From Octopus sinensis (Eukaryota): a stretch of DNA of 64,000 nt. Positions within the stretch are counted from its first letter, which is position 1; each line of letters begins with the position of its first letter. The DNA is taken from assembly GCF_006345805.1 (NCBI RefSeq), contig NC_043005.1, positions 14,446,001 through 14,510,000 of the forward strand, given 5' to 3'. Shown here in pieces: positions 53,721-64,000 of this stretch. Below the pieces are notes generated by a model. That model was not told where the DNA came from. It saw only the letters and a list, made by a program, of their open reading frames with translations, and made no database searches. Position numbers and translations under genes: made by a program.

Positions 53721-54873
53721 TCTGTATGTGTGTTTCTAGATGGGATGGAGTAAATAGAGAAATTACTGTAAAAATATCTCAGGAATTCTTCTCGTCTTTT
53801 ATATAGTCTTGGTGCCTTTTTCTTTATCTGTGTCATATCTTTTAGTATAAAGAATTCATTTTACCGTTTGCACGTTGCAGAGAAGCAGTGAAGTATCTCA
53901 CAATGAAGTAATTTATTGTGGGTGAGGGGGAATGTATATACCAAGGTCAAATTTTCACCATGACACACTGTTTCTAAGAATCTCTGGCAACAGAAGCCAA
54001 CCTGCTATATGCAATAGCTAAATTTCCTCAAATTTTGTACTACCGTCTCTAACACAAATACGAGCTAATTGGAAAATGTGATCCTAGATATACAAAAAGC
54101 TGAATGTAATTGCCCTTGATCATAAGTTTTCTCAATCAGAACTGACCAGAGGCCAACAACCAGAAAGACAACAGCCGAAACATTCAGAATTTGTGGAATT
54201 TAAGAGATTTTGTTGAGTTCTGATTTTCCACAAGATTCAATTTATTTGCAGCATGGAGGGTGTTTAAAAACCATTTAAGAAACACACAAAAACTATTAGA
54301 TTCATTTCAACATTATAATTTTAATTTGTCAAAATATTTTCGTCGCTTTGATACCGCGACCTGTTCACTGACAAAATTCCGTGCTTCATCTCAATTTATT
54401 TAATTTCTTCAAACTTATTTTCCACGTATTAATGCTGATAAATAAAATCAATTAATTATATTTTCAATGATCGAGGTGTCCATCAACGGGTAAGCAACCC
54501 TACGTAATTCTTTTAGGCGAGTTATACCGATCCCAACATTGCTTCTGGATTGATGAAAGACGACGAAGCTGATCACAGTGAAACGGGAGTTGAATTTACA
54601 AAGTATAGGCCAATACCGAAATACTGCAAAGGATTATGGCCGACGCTCTAAAAATCCTGCTAATCCAATAAAGTTTTGAAATGATTGCATTGTGTACTGT
54701 GATGTGAAGAAAACTGATTATCCTTGAGGAAACCCTAAAAGTTTCTCCCTTCAAGGAGTCAAAATTCGCTTACTTTAGGTGTTACACTGTATCTTCAATC
54801 ATAACCTACTTTGAACGAAAAAAAATGAATGTGTGTGTGTATTTGATTTTATGTATATGGGTATATGTACATG

Positions 54874-54904
<31 letters not shown>

Positions 54905-56022
54905 GATTGTACTAGTAATTCAAAATTCCAGGTTTGCCTTTACGTAATTCTCTGTTACAATTTCATTAATTTCATTATACACGAAATACTCAACCACTTA
55001 TACATAAATTTTACGAGTCGATCGAACAGCTGAATATTCATTGTCGCAGCCGACGAAAGATCCACAGATACGTCTCTTAATCTGCTCTACGTTTTTTCAC
55101 AGGATGAATGATTCATGTTATCATTACAGAAGTTACAAATTATTTTAAAATGAAGTAGTTTATAGTGCAGGACAGCCCATTCACTAAGATCAGCTTATGG
55201 CCGCAGTCGTAGTAATGTGCTTATGAAGTTCACTTTACAACTATACAATCTGTGATTCGATTCTACTGTGCAATACCTTGAACAATTGTCCTTTACTCAT
55301 AATCTGTTGCCAACCAGTGAAATATAGTTGAACTTTGACAGACGAGAATTGCACAGAAACTCATCAGAGGGTCCATTCCGCGTTTATAGAATTATATTTA
55401 GCCCGTAGCCCGCTTAATATCAACATCTGGCCTTTTTAGATATCAGATCTTTGTTAAGTTTTCCTCCTACCTACCGTCAGTCTTAGTGAGCCTTAAAAGG
55501 ATCAAGAGTATTGCTCTTCCTTCTCCAAACATGGCCAATAAAACGAGTTGTTTACTAATCTGGCTTCGGTCAACCATGACCAAACAGACCTATGATTCAT
55601 AGATAGTCGATCAAACAATTAGGTACGACCTACATATTGTCAGATATACAAATGACTCCACCTGACTGAAAGTCACTTTGCACAGTCTAGAATGTTTAAT
55701 CGTATGAATATTTTGTATCTCTTCCATTGTCTAGTGTATTTCTCTACAGCTGTATCGTTAATTAACTCCAGGCCAACCCTAATCAATCAAATCTATGTTC
55801 AAGGGCATTTCATCCACGACAATACCATCTTAGTGATACCTAGGACCACTTTATCTAATGTTTTCTTTTCTCAAATACGCAGTAGAGCTCGATTTGAGCG
55901 AAACTTAGTTGCGAGTTCTCGCAAGCCAATCCTGCACGCTCGAAAAATTATGGTAGTGGCCAAAATGGAGGTAGACAAGGTGGACTCTATTTGGACGTAA
56001 TAGATGTTGTTGAGAGGGTATC

Positions 56023-56096
56023 CCAGGAGCTTTTATACAGTTGGTCATTCTTCTAGGTATTCCTAGAAGAATGACCAACTGTATAAAGGCTCCTGG
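56023..56096. repeat. 35 bp inverted repeat with 4 nt loop
   Basis: CCAGGAGCTTTTATACAGTTGGTCATTCTTCTAGG-TATT-CCTAGAAGAATGACCAACTGTATAAAGGCTCCTGG. Confidence 0.95.
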
Positions 56097-56953
56097 CCAG
56101 ATTTCATCCATTTTCTACTCAACCGCCTTAAAAATGGCTGCAAAAATGTGCCAATGGAGTGTACTGCTATCAACAGTAGCAGTGTTCTCTATAACTGATC
56201 AGTGCTATAATTAGCATGCATACTTAGTATTGAAACCGCTCACTAACCTAGGGAAGGGCATATATCTTTGAATAACCGGACATTTGCTCCACGATCCAAC
56301 GGGATTGGCAGATACAATTTTATGTTATCTTAGTCGTGGCACAGCAGTAGGTTGAGAAAGATAACCATTATCATAATGATTACTGGCATTACTAAAGATA
56401 GTGTAAATTTATTTTGTAATACTTCTGTATTATACCTCTTATAATTTCACGTATGTGTGCGTATGTGTGTGTGTGTGAGTGTAAGAGAGAGAGAGAGAGA
56501 GAGGGGGAGAGACAGAGAAAGAGAGGCAGAGACAGAGAGACAGATACACACACACACAGTGTGTGCGCGAGTATGTGTAGGTACGTACGTACGTATGTAT
56601 GTATGAATACATGACTAGATATGTGCACATATTTATGCATATATATGTGTATATATGGGTATTTATGTATGTATGTATGTATGTATGTATACTTGCATGC
56701 GTGTGTCTATGTACGTCACTCTAGATTAAGTAAACTATTACTTAATCTAACATGAAATGCATTCTCTATAACCACACCGTATGCATGGAGGGACAAATGA
56801 CAATGCAACGTAGTGCAACACTGATAGTCAGTGTATATATTTACAAGCATTTGTTGTTTTATTTTTATTATTGTGAATATATATATATATATATAATATA
56901 TATATATACACATATCATATATATACATAATTACATACATTACATAACATACA

Positions 56954-57005
<52 letters not shown>

Positions 57006-57155
57006 GGCAGGGCTGGCCTGCTAGGTAGCCGGCAGAATGCTAGAAAAGATCATAAACGATCAAACTACAAGGGAAATTCTCTAGAGGGAGAATTCAGCGA
57101 ACACCAGAACCAATTTGGCGGGCGGACATATGAAAAATAAATAAAAAACAGACTT

Positions 57156-57232
57156 AAATGCATACTCGGTTTCGGTCTTAACAAAAGAATTACTTGCATA
57201 ATTCAAGTGTCCGTGACTTCTTCAGTACATTC
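57156..57232 (-). ncRNA. Type I hammerhead ribozyme-like motif
   Basis: GAAUGUA-CUGAAGA-AGUC...GACC-GAAAC-CGA-GUA-UGCAUUU: stem I, core, stem II, minimal stem III, GUA site. Confidence 0.6.
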
Positions 57233-57481
57233 GGTCCTCGAGATGCAACTGAAAGACTACCCCAGCTCTCTGTGTCAAGACAGACACGTGCTTAGTCTTA
57301 CTGATTACATCGGGAATAAAATTTCAAATGTCTTGGTTCCGGCGCGCTAAGAGACTCCTGAAGCGAAGGGCTGCAGGAATAATTCACTGCGGGTAAAGCT
57401 TACTGCTAGGGAACGTATTTATTTAATATTTAAAAATTGAGGGAGATAAATTAATATTAATTTATCTCCCTTAATTTTTAA

Positions 57482-57514
<33 letters not shown>

Positions 57515-57548
57515 TATATATATATATATAATATATAATATATATAAC

Positions 57549-57819
57549 TAGAAGCGTTGAAGGGTTGGTATTTTACAATTTTACAGAAAATAAATTAAAT
57601 TTCGAAGACGGGATAACTCTGAAAATAGCCTGTAAAATTGGGTAAATACTCCTAGAAGTCGGAAAAAAAAATTGCCAGAAGGACGGCTACAAAGGATCGA
57701 ACCCCGTACCCCTCGGATGCCTACTGTATGCTTTGTACAATTAACCTAAGCGGTTCCGGTATTCCGCATTCGGTATTTACTTTAGTTTCTGTAAAATACC
57801 AACCCACTTTACGCTTCTA
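57549..57819. mobile_element. TIR-bounded MITE-like element with internal B box
   Basis: TAGAAGCGT..GGGTTGGTATTTTACA / TGTAAAATACCAACCC..ACGCTTCTA; GGTTCGATCC on minus strand at 57694-57703. Confidence 0.6.
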
Positions 57820-58087
57820 AGTTTGTTTATAAAAAAAGTTCTTACATTCCCAAAAGTTATTAACTTTATAATAGACGTCAACTGTTATCTGTTGTCAGGG
57901 ACCGCTTCGCTTAGCCGTACAGGGCACTCAGCTTGTATCTGAGATGTATAGGACGCTATTCTCTGTAATCATAACCTCGCAACTTTTTGTCCCGTCTTTT
58001 ACGGGCACTTACCCAATTTTCATGGCTGTTTTCAGAGCTATCCCGCGTTCGAAATTTACTTTCTTTTCTGTAATATATATATATTTT

Positions 58088-58219
58088 TGCTTCCCAGCCA
58101 CATGGTTCCGGGTTCAACCCCACTGCGTGGCACCTAGTATAAGTGTCTTCTACTATAGCCTGGAGCCAACCAAAACCTTCTGAGTGGATTTGGTAGACAG
58201 AAACTGAAAGAAGCCCGTC

Positions 58220-58317
<98 letters not shown>

Positions 58318-58513
58318 GTTCGTGTGTCTGTATTTGTCTTCCGCCATCACTTGACAACCGATGTTAGTGTGTTACGTCCCCGTAACTTTTGTCCAGCAAA
58401 AGAGACCGATAGTATAAGTACTAGGCTTACAAAGAATAAGTCCCGGGGTCGATTTGTCAACTAAAGGTGGTTCTGCAGCATGGCCACAGTCAAATGACTG
58501 AAACAAGTAAAGA
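58088..58513 (+). mobile_element. SINE family A, slightly 5'-clipped
   Basis: Matches 13031-13434. Confidence 0.88.
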
Positions 58514-58517
58514 ATAT

Positions 58518-58576
<59 letters not shown>

Positions 58577-58899
58577 ATATATATCAATTGATCTTTAAAT
58601 CTATACCTCAACACTTCCTTCTCTAAATATATCTGGAGATTAAAGGACGGTATTATCAAGAATATAAGATCAAGTAGCGCGTGGTAGGAAATGCATTCAC
58701 CCTCATTTACTGTGAATCCTTGTCTATCGAAGATCTACAACATCATACTGCTTTTGCAATTGTGAAGAAAGTATTGGAATTTGTGAAATTTTGCAAACAT
58801 TTCTACCGATATTTATTCAGAAATTTCCGACCAACAACTAGCTAAAATAGTTTCGTTTTTCACGTAATGCATTCGCCAAACTCAGATGATTACATATTA

Positions 58900-59225
58900 C
58901 TAAAAAGAAAAGTGTCTGTCATCCCAGTAGTTGTAGGGCCATTCGGAGTACTAACAAGCAAGTTCGAGAAATATGTCAAAGAAATCGAAATTGACATGAG
59001 AGTAGAGCAAGCCCCCAAAACTGCTCTGCTGGGGTGGGGATAGCTAGAATTTTGAGATTGGTACTTGCGTGTTGAAAGTCTTCAACGATAATTAACCAAT
59101 TACCAAAGATTATAATGTGTAGAAAGAAACCCTGTGCGACTTTTGACTACAGACTGATGTCCGCTCTCACAGAATCAACCAGAGCAAACAAGACCGAACG
59201 CTCTGAGAAGAAAAACAACAACAAG
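58900..59225 (+). pseudogene. R4/Dong-like 3' fragment
   Basis: KVSVIPVVVGPFGVLTSKFEKYVKEIEIDMRVEQAPKTALLG..ARILRLVL. Confidence 0.65.
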
Positions 59226-59284
59226 AACTGACAAGCAAATCTGTGGTATTGAGCAGAATATTTACTGTAGCCCATCTATTTTTT

Positions 59285-59789
59285 GTCTTGGTATAAAAGA
59301 TGGGCTACGGCAAATATTCTGCTCAATACCACAGATTTGCTTGTCAGTTGTTTGATCATAACCAATTGAGCATGTCCTTTAGTAGCTGACGATATGTGCA
59401 TCTCTGATCACGAGTAGAAGTAGTGGAGGATCATCATAGTCATGTGTTGAGAGGAATTCTTTGGGGTTTGAGTAATTTCCCCCTGGAAACATGGGTGTTT
59501 CGTTCAACATCCTTAAACAACCCTTAATCAGGGACATTTTGAGCAGAATGGGTTACTCAATTTGAAGAAAATTCTAACTGGGCCCCACCAGCAAGGCCAT
59601 GTGCTATTTGTCTTGAAATGAAATCACCATGTCGCGCACATATGGTTGTGATTCATGTGCCTGTGCCTGGTATACCCTTATCAGATAGGTAGTTATGATG
59701 GGTATACTGGGCTTCGTATATCTTACCCCAGTGTCACTTTGATGACATGCACTGCTCTCTCACCCAACAACAACAACACAACAACAATC

Positions 59790-59840
<51 letters not shown>

Positions 59841-59880
59841 CAACAACAATAATATATAATAATAATAATAATAATAATAA
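59285..59880 (+). mobile_element. Non-coding retroposon 3' segment with (CAA)n(TAA)n tail and 5' fold-back
   Basis: Trinucleotide tail 59765-59880; 52 bp inverted copy of its 5' part immediately upstream. Confidence 0.55.
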
Positions 59881-60034
59881 GAAGAAGAAGAATCACATGA
59901 ATGTGGACAGTGAAGAGAATAACTGTTACCTCAGGAGTTGTAGGGAGATTGGGAGCATTAACAACTAAGTTTGAGAAATTTGCTGAAGAAATTAATTGGG
60001 ATTGACATGCGGATAAAGCATTCTCAGAAAACGC

Positions 60035-61335
60035 TTGGACAGGAAGACAAGAAAACTGCTAACATCTAAGAACATGCACCACCCAAAAGCAGACGTTGAT
60101 CCTCTGTTACTACCTAGAATTAATGGGGGAAGAGGAATGATGTCAGTAGAACTGTGCTATAAGACCTCCACAATAGCAAGGAACAGGTACTTATCTAGGA
60201 CTGGAGGCTGCGGCTTGTGTGCAAACACGAAAGCAGCAAAAAATCGCATTCTATTGTCAAGGAAGCTTGCAAATTCGCAAGGGAACCTTGGCATTAACCA
60301 TGAATTAGATGAAGGACCTACCTGAAGAACCTGCTACCAACCAAGCAAAACGGATCAAACAGTCTGCAAAAAAGAACGGGCAGAAACAAATTGAGGAGCG
60401 GTGGAGCAAGAAGTCTCTGCATGGACCGTATATACTTCGAAGCTGAAATGCTGATGTAGACCAAGCAACAACCCATCAGTGGCAGAAAAGGCTCAGGACT
60501 GAAAGCAGAGACTTAAAGTTTCATACTAACGACACAAGATCAAAGCTTGCTTACCAAAACCTACCAGGCTAACGTTCTTCAAAACGGTTTTGACCCTATA
60601 TGCTGCGATAAATTTGATGAAACAATAGAACGTCTCGTCTCGAGATGTCCTGTGCTGACACCAAACGAATACAAAAATCGCCACGATAGGGTAGAACAGC
60701 ATTTACATTGGAGAATATGTAAACACTACAAAATCAGCACTCTTGCTTACTGGTATGAACCAGTCTTTGAAGGTAAAAATGTCAATATCCTCTGGGATTT
60801 CCAGTCAACACCGACAGAAAGATCCAGGCTAATCGACCAGACATAGTCATTAAAGACAGGGAAGAAAATACTTGTAAACTAATAGATGCAACTGTTCCCA
60901 CTGATACAAATATATCTGTAAAGGAATTTTACAAATTAAGTAAATATAAGAAGCTGGAAATTCAAATACAAAAGATGTGACATTTTAAAGTGAGAACCGT
61001 TCTTGTTATTGTAGGTGCCCAAGGTATCATAAAAAAAAGGAATGTCAGGAACATCTAGATAACATCCGAGGTGAACCATGTCTCAGAGAAATCCGAAAGA
61101 TTGTGCTGACAAATACTGCCCACATCCTTAGAAAAGCCCTATGAACTTAAATGTCTGTGTTGTATGACATGAAAATATTTCGCTACTGCTCTTGCCACTT
61201 CCCTTTCCCAAACTTTTAGCCACACTGTAACATCCTTCATCCTTCACTCGCCCAAGGACGCTGAGTGTGTCTCGGCAAGTGACCGTAACAAACATACAGA
61301 TTAAACGTAAATGAATAATGACAATAATAATAACA
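60035..61335 (+). pseudogene. R4/Dong-clade LINE 3' third (post-RT, CCHC knuckle, RLE)
   Basis: DRKTRKLLT..HHPKADVD..GGRG, QDQSLLT, ETIERLVSRC..YKNRHD, ANRPDIVIKD..IDATVP..KLSKYKKLE, TAHILRKAL; frameshifts and stops. Confidence 0.85.
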
Positions 61336-62118
61336 AGAGCACTCAGAGAACGCAAACCCCCGCCAAAGCAACACCAGCATGCTCTCAACAATTAGCCAGA
61401 GATGACTTTTAAAATGAGAATATCTGAAATAAACTCGACTGCTCTCACAAACGCTCACAAGACTTTGGTCGTCACGGAGCTATAGGAAAGACATTTAGCC
61501 GAAGTGTCGCAAAGTTAGACTAAACTCGAAACCATATAGCTACAATGCACCATTTTATATATACATTAATAACCATTCTAATGTATGTATGTTTATTCAC
61601 ACACACTTATATTTGAGTATGCGTCCGTATGCGTACGCGTGTGTGATTGTGAGAGAAGAGAAAAGACGAGTAAAAACGCAATAACTGTACTGGCCAAGAT
61701 TCGTAACGATTTTTAATCTGAAAAGAAAAAGACGACTGTGAAATCTAATATTCGTTATCAATACGTCATTGATGACGTGTGTTAACTTTGGCTACAATCA
61801 TAACAAGATCGTGTTTTTAAAGACGCTGGCCTAACAGATACGAAAGTGACCATCACAGCTGGTGTAAATATAGTGTGCGTGATCATTGGTGAGATGTGAT
61901 AGCGAAGATATCAAGATATACCTCTCTTATGTCTTTCATATAATTCATTTTGTTATCGTTGTTTATGTTCTGAGATTCAGAGTTTTTTTTTTTTACTTTT
62001 TCCTAAAAGTTGCAAATTATTTTGTTACTTTTAGTTTTGTATTTATGTAATTTTTCAAAGGATGTATTTTTCAGTTTTTCTGTTTTAATTTCAATGATTT
62101 CCAAACTGTATTTTCAAA

Positions 62119-62130
62119 ATGGCGACTAGA
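62119..62130 (+). CDS. Candidate first coding micro-exon (MATR) of a host gene
   Basis: CAAAATGGCG start context followed 12 nt later by donor AGA|GTGAGT, in unique sequence. Confidence 0.4.
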
Positions 62131-62280
62131 GTGAGTTAAGGAATAGGGAAAACAGACTTCAAGAAATGAAGTGGAGAGTGTTTATAAGGAAAATAAAAAT
62201 AACCGACAGAATGGAATATTTCATTCATCCTTGGTATACAATATATATATATAAATACATACACACATACATACATACAT

Positions 62281-62353
<73 letters not shown>

Positions 62354-62417
62354 TTTGTAGAAAGCAAATCCGAAAGAAAAAGCACATATTTTTAAGAGGT
62401 CATGGGCCAAAGGTTTT

Positions 62418-62481
62418 TGGGATCTGACGATATGTTATAAAGCTAAACCTTTATGGATGGGAAACCTAAGGTATTCCATAA
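62418..62481 (+). ncRNA. Hammerhead ribozyme-like motif, degenerate stem I
   Basis: CUGACGA 62424, stem II UUAUAAAG/CUUUAUGG, GAAACC-UAA-GGUA. Confidence 0.45.
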
Positions 62482-62495
62482 GCAGGCCTTCCCTA

Positions 62496-62560
<65 letters not shown>

Positions 62561-62584
62561 TATTAAAAATTATTAAAATTAATC

Positions 62585-62835
62585 CAAACTTGAACAAAGA
62601 GAAAACACAACGACGCGAGGATGTTGAACAAGTATAGTGTTATTGGACGCTCAGGAAAGGAAGGAAAGTAGGAGGATTTCACGTTTCGAGCGGAGCTCTT
62701 CGTCAGAAATATAGAAAAAAGAAAAAGTCCAAGGAAGGGAAGACAGAGAAAGAAAATCGCCAACGATACACACGCGGTCACATATTGAAATGACCGGAAG
62801 GGAATGGGTGAAGAAAAAGTTCTTTCAAAGACAGG
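62585..62835 (-). mobile_element. Penelope-like terminal repeat containing minimal hammerhead-like motif (62676-62710)
   Basis: AUUU-CUGACGA-A-GAGC-UCC-GCUC-GAAACGU-G-AAAU; (TA)n flank. Confidence 0.55.
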
Positions 62836-63219
62836 AGAGTGCAAGAGAAGGAGGTATGTGTGTGTGTGGGTATGTGCGTGCGCGCTGGTTTTTGTGTGTG
62901 TGTGCGTGCGTATGTGGTTGCGGCTGTTTATCTATGTGTGTGGTTGGGCTTAGCATCGTTTAAGGTCATAGGAAGAATTTATAGTAACAATTTTGGTAGG
63001 AGTGGCTGCCTGATGTGTGTCTACCTATACATGTGGGTAGGAGAATGGTCAGTAGAAGGTACTGGTAGTTTGAAGTAAGTGTGTGTGCGTGTATGTATAT
63101 GTAGTGTGAGTGTGTTTTGTTTGCAATGTGTTTGTGTATGTATGTATGTGTGTGTTCATGTGTGCATGTGTGTATGCGTGGGGATGTGTATGTGGAGTAA
63201 CTGTACTTTACTCTGTGTT

Positions 63220-63560
63220 GGGCAAGCGGAAGTGACGGACGACAGGGGTGTTCGAACGTAGACGTTCGGTGTACCGGTCGGCCAGTCGTCGGCCCGTCTG
63301 ACCTACATATAGTTTACCACAGAGGTTGCATCTAATACAGTATATGAGGCTAGAAGAGATGCAAGAGAAGGAATTTGTTATGCGAAGAGTTTGCTGATTA
63401 GAACCAGTGAGAGAAGTAGTGTTGGTGATGAAGGGGCAGGTGTTGTAGCGGGATCTGGAGCACGGGAAGGATCCGGGTGGGACTGGGGGGGGGGAGAGAA
63501 GGTGCTACGGACCAGAAGATCGCGTAGGTTCCGGGCGCGTTAAAAGGAGGACAAGGGTGG
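63220..63560 (-). pseudogene. Penelope-like (Neptune-type) GIY-YIG fragment missed by the ORF track
   Basis: RARNLRDLLVRS../PGSFPCSRSRYNTCPFI..NSFSCISSSLIYCIRCNLCGKLYVGQTGRRLADR..PVVRHF. Confidence 0.85.
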
Positions 63561-63686
63561 GTTGGGGAAAATGGGGCGGGTGGTGGTATCGAGCTGGAGA
63601 CAACGGAAGGCTCGTAGTATCCTCCGTTGTGGTTGAGAAGCAAACTTCTTACCACATAGCCAGGCCTGAGTCTATCGACTCAAAGT

Positions 63687-63736
<50 letters not shown>

Positions 63737-64000
63737 CACACACATTTATGTCTACATCGCATGACGGGCGCTATATTTAATTATCTTCGATTTATTTTGC
63801 AAATTCTATATTAAGCATGCCGACAAAGTGAGAAAAATAAAAGCGCACCAGCAATTGTGGAAACCTCTTATTAAAGCAAATCACACCCTACGTAAAGTGA
63901 ATCTAATAATCCTGTGTTATTAAAAAACTTAATTCATTGTGATTGGCATTGTATTAGAAACAATGAAGTAAAAGCAAACGATTTGATGTTCTTTTTATAA

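Noticed and set aside
58600-58880. Possible Penelope endonuclease remnant (SKYIWRLKD)
   Set aside because: Single short motif with broken frame; insufficient support

Overview
Eukaryotic, AT-rich, repeat-saturated DNA with no operons, rRNA or CRISPR. The mix of SINE families, microsatellites and Penelope/RTE/Dong relics suggests a cephalopod (Octopus-like) genome; this is inference. Most ORF-track entries are microsatellite artefacts. The dominant feature is a near full-length minus-strand RTE LINE (~15.55-20.4 kb): APE endonuclease, RT with a PHD-type zinc finger inserted just after the YADD motif, three small lesions, and a 3' UTR containing a periodic array of 12 hairpin cores. Around it are three tRNA-derived SINE families, four non-autonomous Helitrons, Tc1/mariner and pogo/Tigger relics and MITEs, R4/Dong and CR1-like LINE fragments, and Penelope-like GIY-YIG fragments. 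Several hammerhead-ribozyme-like motifs lie in (TA)n-flanked elements, and there are several near-perfect long hairpins. Host-gene signals are sparse: a 187-codon spliced terminal-exon candidate (46594-47156), a double RFX X-box (40287-40362) and an ATG micro-exon with a strong donor (62119-62136).
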